Below the pieces are notes generated by a model. That model was not told the origin of the DNA. It worked only from the letters and a program-made list of their open reading frames with translations, and did no database searches. 20,499 nucleotides of DNA from a virus, in the UHGV virus genome UHGV-0263856. One strand, written 5' to 3'. The position numbers and the translations under genes are program-made. Every line of letters begins with the position of its first letter. Positions within the stretch are counted from its first letter, which is position 1. Of the stretch, positions 15,195-20,499 are shown one piece after another.

Positions 15195-15462
15195 AATGGG
15201 ACTGAACAGCGATGTCACTGCCGAAGAGGTTTATGACCTGGCTGTACTGGCGCTGAATTTATCAAATATCGCAAACCTGAAGCGATACGAGCTTGATATG
15301 GATGGTTGCGACTCGTGCGGTCAGGATTGTGGCGCAGATATGACTGAAGATCCTGATGGTGATTATGTCCTGTTTGATGACGTGGTTAAGTTGTTTGAAT
15401 TTGATACAACCACTCAAAAGTTAGAAATCCCGGCAAAGGAGGCTGCCAGTGAGCAAGATTGA
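15148..15462 (+). CDS. Hypothetical acidic protein
   Basis: ATG at 15148 with an upstream purine-rich stretch. C-terminus acidic with CDSCGQDCG. Confidence 0.45.
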   Translation: MTITKQRVEKIIYRHEMGLNSDVTAEEVYDLAVLALNLSNIANLKRYELDMDGCDSCGQDCGADMTEDPDGDYVLFDDVVKLFEFDTTTQKLEIPAKEAASEQD

Positions 15463-15631
15463 CTATCAGGCACTGCGCGAGGCGGCGGAACAGGCAACGC
15501 AAGATGAATGGGTAGCATATATTTGCCGGGTCATAACGGCATTTATCCTGCGCGCACGTCTGAGGGTAGGCATTGCGGATACTTTATTGACTGGCCTGGC
15601 GTCTGTCAGGGGCGGGAGAGCATCAACATGA
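15449..15631 (+). CDS. Ea22-like N-terminal module (possibly the 5' part of a frameshifted Ea22-like gene continuing in 15628-16134)
   Basis: AAAGGAGG SD and GTG start. MSKIDYQALREAAEQATQDEW is paralogous to the start of 16131-16616. The rest of the ORF is Arg-rich and looks out of frame. Confidence 0.35.
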   Translation: MSKIDYQALREAAEQATQDEWVAYICRVITAFILRARLRVGIADTLLTGLASVRGGRAST

Positions 15632-16134
15632 GCATCAGAACCTACGCAGTGAATTGCAATGACGCATGGCTAAACACCGAAGGTGATGACATCTCCGGCT
15701 CATACGTTAAGTACAAAGACCATCAGGAAGTGGTTGCCGCTCTTGAGGCCAAGTGCGCGGCGCTGGCAGCGGAGAATGCGGGAATAAAGTCTGCAATTCC
15801 AGAATCACGGGATATTGAGGATGACAATGACAATATGGATGACGTATCTCTCGCGGAAGACTTCGGGTTCAATCATGCAATAGAACGGATGAGGAGACAG
15901 ATACCTGAAACGCCAACCACTGATGCTTTCCTGGCTGAAGTCCGGGCGCAGGGGGTGGACGCTGCTATAGAAGCTGCAAAAAATCTGGTGGCCCAAGAAT
16001 ATGAGTATAAGGATTTCAAAGCGGCGCAGAGTGATTGCTGTATGTACCCTGGTTCAGACCTGGTAGGGAAGGTTGAAATGACTGAGTGGTTAGTTGACTT
16101 TGCTGCCCAGCTTCGCAAAGGAGGCAACCAGTGA
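15628..16134 (+). CDS. Hypothetical protein (Ea22-like body suspected)
   Basis: GGGAGAG SD before the ATG at 15628, which overlaps the preceding stop (ATGA). 169 aa. Confidence 0.55.
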   Translation: MSIRTYAVNCNDAWLNTEGDDISGSYVKYKDHQEVVAALEAKCAALAAENAGIKSAIPESRDIEDDNDNMDDVSLAEDFGFNHAIERMRRQIPETPTTDAFLAEVRAQGVDAAIEAAKNLVAQEYEYKDFKAAQSDCCMYPGSDLVGKVEMTEWLVDFAAQLRKGGNQ

Positions 16135-16616
16135 GCGAAATTAATTACCAGGCACTGCGTGAGGTGGCGGAACGTGCAATTCCAGCAATGGAACGCCTGT
16201 TAATGTTGCCAGCTGATGATGACTTGTTAAGTGAACAGGAACTTAAAGATTACGGTGTGGATATTGATGCGCTCAACGCCTTCAAATTTCTGACCGGACC
16301 AGAAACCGTGCTGGCACTGCTGGATGAACGGGAAAGAAACCTGCAATACATCAAAAGCCGCGATCAGGAGAACGAGGATATTGCGCTAACGGTAGGGAAG
16401 CTGCGCGTTGAGCTTGAAGCAGAAAAACAGCGGGCAAAAGTTCTATTTATGGAAAATGCTCGGCTTAAGTCAGGCATAGCCGGTCTGATACACCTCGGTA
16501 TTCGATATGCAGATGTTGAGGTCATGAAAATTGCTGGAGATGCCCAGCTTTCTACCCCATGCACTGACAGCATCATAAACAGCATTGCAACAGGCATTCG
16601 CATCAAAGGAGAGTGA
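16131..16616 (+). CDS. Ea22-like family protein
   Basis: AAAGGAGG SD and GTG start. N-terminus MSEINYQALREVAERA; coiled-coil-like middle. Confidence 0.5.
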   Translation: MSEINYQALREVAERAIPAMERLLMLPADDDLLSEQELKDYGVDIDALNAFKFLTGPETVLALLDERERNLQYIKSRDQENEDIALTVGKLRVELEAEKQRAKVLFMENARLKSGIAGLIHLGIRYADVEVMKIAGDAQLSTPCTDSIINSIATGIRIKGE

Positions 16617-16617
16617 T

Positions 16618-17133
16618 ATGGCGTTAACACACCACGAACTCTGTCAGATTGCGTACAAGTTCCTTAAGCGCAACGGGTTCAAGGTTTGCTTTCATGACCG
16701 CTTTGTTGCTGTAACCAGTACCGGAGAACAGCCAGATGCTATGGGATTCAGAAATTCAGCATCATGCCTGATAGAGGCGAAGTGTTCTCGTGCTGACTTG
16801 TTGGCAGATAGAAAAAAGCGTTTCCGTAAAAATCCCTCACTTGGCATGGGCGACTGGCGATTCTTTATTAGTGAGCCGGAAATTATTTCAGTTGAGGATT
16901 TACCTCCCGGCTGGGGATTACTTCACGTTGTTAACGGAAGAGTACGGAAAGTACATGGATGGCCCAGGGGTAATTGCTGTTGGGGTAATCCTGACGATAA
17001 GCCATTTACTGGGAATAAGCAGGTTGAATGCGATTACATGTTATCTGCATTAAGGCGCATGGAGTTGAGAGGGCACCTTAATGAAATATATGACGGTGTG
17101 ATTGTTAATAAGAAAGAAGGAAACGCGGCATGA
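16618..17133 (+). CDS. PD-(D/E)xK-type nuclease-fold protein (MmcB-like suspected)
   Basis: AAAGGAGAG SD before the ATG at 16618. Motif GEQPDAMGF...CLIEAKCSRADL fits the PD...(D/E)xK signature. Confidence 0.5.
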   Translation: MALTHHELCQIAYKFLKRNGFKVCFHDRFVAVTSTGEQPDAMGFRNSASCLIEAKCSRADLLADRKKRFRKNPSLGMGDWRFFISEPEIISVEDLPPGWGLLHVVNGRVRKVHGWPRGNCCWGNPDDKPFTGNKQVECDYMLSALRRMELRGHLNEIYDGVIVNKKEGNAA

Positions 17134-17315
17134 TCACTATTACCAAAGGGCGACTGCTGACAATCAAGCAGTGGCGCGAAACATACGGACCGGGTAGCAA
17201 CGTTGTACTGCCAGCAGAAGAAGCGGAAGAACTGGCACGAATTGCACTGGTATCGCTGGAAGCAGAGCCGGTTGTGTTCTGGTTTGAAAAATATCAAGAA
17301 GGGGCTACGGCATGA
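17130..17315 (+). CDS. Hypothetical small protein
   Basis: 61 aa. Shares the [10 protein letters not shown]-encoding 26-bp repeat with the next gene. Confidence 0.45.
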   Translation: MITITKGRLLTIKQWRETYGPGSNVVLPAEEAEELARIALVSLEAEPVVFWFEKYQEGATA

Positions 17316-17656
17316 CGACTTTTACCAGAGAGCAGTTAATAGCTCACGCAGAGGAGACTATTGAAGCACAGAGACTGTGCATACCGGGTACAATCGACCA
17401 TGACATCATCCGCACATATAAGATGGATATTGCTGTTCTGGAAATCGCACTGGTATCGCTGGCAGCAGAGCCAGCCGGTAAATTGCATGAATACAAACCA
17501 GTGGGATATCAGCGTCTGGTCGATGAGTTAACCATGCTGGTAAAGCAGTTAACCTGGCAACTGAGGAAAGCGAAGCCAGACTGCAAATTACCGGATAAGG
17601 CGATGAGTTATCTGGAGCGGAACGGACTGATAAGCGTGGAGGATATTTTACGATGA
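17312..17656 (+). CDS. Hypothetical protein
   Basis: 114 aa. 4-nt start/stop overlaps with neighbours. Confidence 0.5.
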   Translation: MTTFTREQLIAHAEETIEAQRLCIPGTIDHDIIRTYKMDIAVLEIALVSLAAEPAGKLHEYKPVGYQRLVDELTMLVKQLTWQLRKAKPDCKLPDKAMSYLERNGLISVEDILR

Positions 17657-17736
17657 CCTGGCCTGAAGCATTAACAACGGTAGGAATTGCGATGGCGGTG
17701 ACGCTGATGGTGTATTCGATTTGCCGCTGGGGATAA
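17653..17736 (+). CDS. Candidate 27-aa hydrophobic peptide
   Basis: ATG overlaps the preceding stop. [27 protein letters not shown] is a single TM-like helix. GGAGG 11 nt upstream. Confidence 0.3.
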   Translation: MTWPEALTTVGIAMAVTLMVYSICRWG

Positions 17737-17740
17737 CCAC

Positions 17741-17983
17741 ATGTTCGCTTTGATTCAACGCGGTCAGATATACACGGACAGAGCCGGATACCCCGTGGTG
17801 ATTACTCGCATCACTGAGCACTCAGTGTTCTTTCGACGGATGGACGGACGATCCGGGCGGGTACGCATTGGTGAGTTAAACTGCCTGTTCGAACATATTG
17901 ACCACCAGGAGTACCGCAAAATTCTCGCGGACACTGAGCAGGAAAAGCACCTGAAAAAATTACGAGCCATAAAAAGGAAGTAA
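17741..17983 (+). CDS. Hypothetical protein (DUF4222-like suspected)
   Basis: 80-aa ORF; the family name is recalled, not verified. Confidence 0.5.
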   Translation: MFALIQRGQIYTDRAGYPVVITRITEHSVFFRRMDGRSGRVRIGELNCLFEHIDHQEYRKILADTEQEKHLKKLRAIKRK

Positions 17984-17986
17984 AGA

Positions 17987-18133
17987 ATGAATAAAGCATT
18001 TGAACGATGGGTCCACCAGCGTTACGGCAATCGCTATGACCTGACGCGAGATGTTGACGGCTTCTACTGTCGTGAAGTTGTGAAGCGAATGTTTGAAGTG
18101 TGGTGCCACTGCCGTGGGCTGAGTGTTGTGTGA
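17987..18133 (+). CDS. Candidate small Cys-containing protein (48 aa)
   Basis: AGGAAG 6 nt before the ATG. Contains C..(n)..CHC. Below the ORF-track cutoff. Confidence 0.35.
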   Translation: MNKAFERWVHQRYGNRYDLTRDVDGFYCREVVKRMFEVWCHCRGLSVV

Positions 18134-18141
18134 GGTAATAC

Positions 18142-18378
18142 ATGGGCAATGTGATTCAACTGGCTCCCAATGAATGGGTTTGTGAAAGCGTTCTTATCGC
18201 AATTACCGGGCTCAAACCAGGCACAATTCTTCGGGCCCGGAAAGAATGCTGGATGGTTGGAAGAGAGTATATTCACGTATCACCAGACGGTAATCCAAAG
18301 CCTTCCAGTGAATGTATGTATAACAGAAAAGCAATAGATGCCTGGGTCGCCTCAATGAAAAACAAACAACCCAGGTGA
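18142..18378 (+). CDS. xis: Excisionase (Xis-like)
   Basis: 78 aa immediately upstream of int. RARKECWMVGREYIHVS resembles lambda Xis (RRWVRECRIF...GREYLFHES). Confidence 0.6.
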   Translation: MGNVIQLAPNEWVCESVLIAITGLKPGTILRARKECWMVGREYIHVSPDGNPKPSSECMYNRKAIDAWVASMKNKQPR

Positions 18379-18433
18379 TTTAATATCATGAAATATGTAA
18401 GCTCGTATCGCTCTTGGGCGTCTGGAGGTATCG

Positions 18434-19747
18434 ATGGATAAAGTCAAATATCCAACAGGCGTCGAAAACCACGGCGGCACATTACGCATCTGGTTTAATT
18501 TTAAAGGTAAACGTGTCAGGGAAAATCTTGGTGTCCCTGACACTGCCAAGAACAGGAAGATCGCCGGGGAACTGCGGACATCAGTATGTTTTGCCATCCG
18601 CACAGGAAGCTTTGATTATGCTGCACAGTTCCCTGACTCCCCCAACCTTCAGGCTTTTGGGGTAAGTAAAAAAGAAATTACGGTGAAGGAACTTGAAGAA
18701 AAGTGGCTGGATCTGAAACGAATGGAAATCTCTGCAAATGCATTCAATCGCTATGAATCCGTTGCAAGAACGATGGTTCCGAAAATTGGAGGCAGTAGAC
18801 TGGTGTCATCGGTAACCAAAGAGGAATTGCTGTATATCAGGAAAGATTTGCTTACCGGGTATCAGAATTCAACGAAAAACAAAGCAGCAGCAAAAGGACG
18901 GAGCGTCGTTACTGTAAATTATTACATGACGACAATCGCTGGAATGTTTCAGTTTGCTGCAGATCACGGTTACTTAGAAGCAAATCCCTTCCAGGGAATT
19001 AAGCCTCTTAAAAGAGCCAGGGCAGAGCCAGATCCGCTAACTCGTGACGAATTTATTCGCCTGATAGATGCTTGCCGACATCAGCAGACGAAAAACCTGT
19101 GGTCATTGGCTGTGTACACAGGAATGCGTCACGGTGAACTGGTCTCCCTGGCCTGGGAAGATATCGATCTGAAGGCAGGAACAATTACCATCAGGCGCAA
19201 TTATACGAAACTTGGTGAGTTCACTCTACCGAAAACTGAAGCAAGCACAAACAGGGTTGTGCACCTTATCCAGCCCGCTATCAGTGTCCTGAAAAATCAG
19301 GCTGAAATGACAAGACTGGGTAAGCAGTACAACATCAAGGTGCAACTACGTGAATATGGACGTTCAGTGAACCATGAATGTACTTTCGTGTTTAACCCTC
19401 AAGTGGTTAGAAAAAGCGAACAGGTAGGTTTTGTCTACAAAGTCGATTCTGTAGGTGACTCATGGGAAACAGCCATTAAGCGTGCAGGGATCAGGCATCG
19501 AAAGGCATACCAGTCACGACACACTTATGCGTGCTGGTCATTATCTGCCGGAGCAAACCCAAGCTTCATTGCCAGCCAGATGGGCCATGCAAGTGCCCAG
19601 ATGGTATTCAATGTATACGGAGCATGGATGACTGACAGCAATGCAGAACAGATCGCAATGCTGAATCAGAAGCTGACAGATTATGTCCCAATGATGCCCC
19701 ATAGTCACCAAAGTGACACCAGAGGCTTATTAAAATCAGTAAGTTAA
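18434..19747 (+). CDS. int: Tyrosine-type site-specific integrase
   Basis: 437 aa. GGAGG SD. C-terminal catalytic region TGMRHGEL...SRHTYACW...GHAS...VYGAWM (R, HxxR, Y). Confidence 0.9.
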   Translation: MDKVKYPTGVENHGGTLRIWFNFKGKRVRENLGVPDTAKNRKIAGELRTSVCFAIRTGSFDYAAQFPDSPNLQAFGVSKKEITVKELEEKWLDLKRMEISANAFNRYESVARTMVPKIGGSRLVSSVTKEELLYIRKDLLTGYQNSTKNKAAAKGRSVVTVNYYMTTIAGMFQFAADHGYLEANPFQGIKPLKRARAEPDPLTRDEFIRLIDACRHQQTKNLWSLAVYTGMRHGELVSLAWEDIDLKAGTITIRRNYTKLGEFTLPKTEASTNRVVHLIQPAISVLKNQAEMTRLGKQYNIKVQLREYGRSVNHECTFVFNPQVVRKSEQVGFVYKVDSVGDSWETAIKRAGIRHRKAYQSRHTYACWSLSAGANPSFIASQMGHASAQMVFNVYGAWMTDSNAEQIAMLNQKLTDYVPMMPHSHQSDTRGLLKSVS

Positions 19748-19775
19748 TCCTTAATACCCGTCATGTTAACTGCGT
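19745..19775. other. Prophage-host junction (int-proximal att site) within the yecE-like reading frame
   Basis: The int stop is at 19745-19747. The yecE-like frame is open from 19717 and reads ...RHVNCVEGNTT across the junction. The exact core cannot be defined because the other prophage end is outside the window. Confidence 0.4.
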
Positions 19776-20499
19776 GGAGGGTAACACCACGCTTTATGCC
19801 CTGCCGAAACCCGAGGTTGTCCTGCGCTGGCGTGAGCAGACCACAGATGACTTCCGCTTCTGTTTTAAGTTTCCGGCGACCATTTCGCATCAGGCAGCAT
19901 TACGGCATTGCGATGATTTAGTGACTGAATTTTTGACCCGCATGTCACCGTTGGCTCCGCGCATTGGACAATACTGGCTGCAACTGCCTGCCACATTCGG
20001 CCCACGGGAGCTGCCTGCGCTTTGGCATTTTCTCGATTCTCTTCCCGGTGAATTTAATTATGGGGTGGAAGTCCGCCATCCACAGTTTTTCGCCAAAGGG
20101 GAAGAGGAACAAACGCTTAATCGCGGTTTACATCAGCGCGGCGTTAATCGGGTGATTTTAGACAGCCGCCCGGTTCATGCAGCACGTCCACACAGTGAAG
20201 CTATTCGCGACGCTCAACGAAAAAAACCTAAAGTTCCGGTACATGCTGTACTGACGGCGAAAAATCCACTGATCCGTTTTATCGGTAGTGATGATATGAC
20301 GCAAAACCGGGAGTTATTTCAGGTCTGGTTACAAAAATTAGCACAGTGGCATCAGACCACTACGCCTTATCTTTTTTTACATACGCCAGATATTGCCCAG
20401 GCCCCGGAACTGGTACATACCCTGTGGGAAGACTTACGTAAAACGCTTCCAGAGATCGGAGCAGTTCCGGCTATTCCACAGCAATCTTCTCTTTTCTGA
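19774..20499 (+). CDS. yecE: YecE-like DUF72 protein, 5' end displaced by the prophage
   Basis: 241-aa ORF running to the window end. The upstream frame has no ATG between the stop at 19714 and GTG 19774. Identification as yecE is from memory of the protein and of yecE as a known Stx-phage integration site. Confidence 0.55.
   Translation: MEGNTTLYALPKPEVVLRWREQTTDDFRFCFKFPATISHQAALRHCDDLVTEFLTRMSPLAPRIGQYWLQLPATFGPRELPALWHFLDSLPGEFNYGVEVRHPQFFAKGEEEQTLNRGLHQRGVNRVILDSRPVHAARPHSEAIRDAQRKKPKVPVHAVLTAKNPLIRFIGSDDMTQNRELFQVWLQKLAQWHQTTTPYLFLHTPDIAQAPELVHTLWEDLRKTLPEIGAVPAIPQQSSLF

Noticed and set aside
14533-15218. - strand ORFs 14533-15099 and 14895-15218
   Set aside because: Antisense to a run of + strand genes with good SDs and operon spacing.
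1-20499. CRISPR array, IS element or transposase
   Set aside because: No regularly spaced short repeats with unique spacers and no transposase-like ORF or terminal inverted repeats. The only mobile-element protein is the prophage integrase.

Overview
This window is the integrase-proximal ~19.7 kb of a lambdoid, Stx-phage-like prophage in an E. coli-type genome; it ends at the host junction inside a yecE-like gene (19774-20499). No database search was possible, so all family names are from memory of motifs and gene order. Early-left arm (+ strand, 12655-19747): an HTH protein, a run of small AT-rich accessory ORFs with no recognisable exo/bet/gam recombination module, Ea22-like paralogs, a PD-(D/E)xK nuclease, Xis-like and a tyrosine integrase. 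Immunity region: a cI/LexA-like repressor (11895-12551, +) flanked by repeated (A/G)GTATCAA operator-like motifs. Early-right arm (- strand, 11783 down to 3540): a long chain of stop/start-overlapping genes running from a small basic ORF through two Rha-domain regulators, an O-like initiator with iteron-like repeats, DnaC-like loader, DnaB-like helicase, a DUF968/NinG-like protein, RusA and a Q-like antiterminator. Downstream of Q on the - strand: an AT-rich two-gene cassette (small soluble protein plus a 3-TM membrane protein) with its own terminator, a small winged-helix ORF with its own terminator, a DPPY-motif N6-adenine methyltransferase, and an Ile(CAU)-Arg(UCG)-Arg(UCU) tRNA cluster with a terminator. 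The position where Stx phages carry stx holds no toxin gene; instead 1-209 is a near-perfect palindrome built from two copies of an internal fragment of the methyltransferase gene. Leading candidates for an undescribed function are the Q-proximal two-gene cassette and the early-left accessory island.
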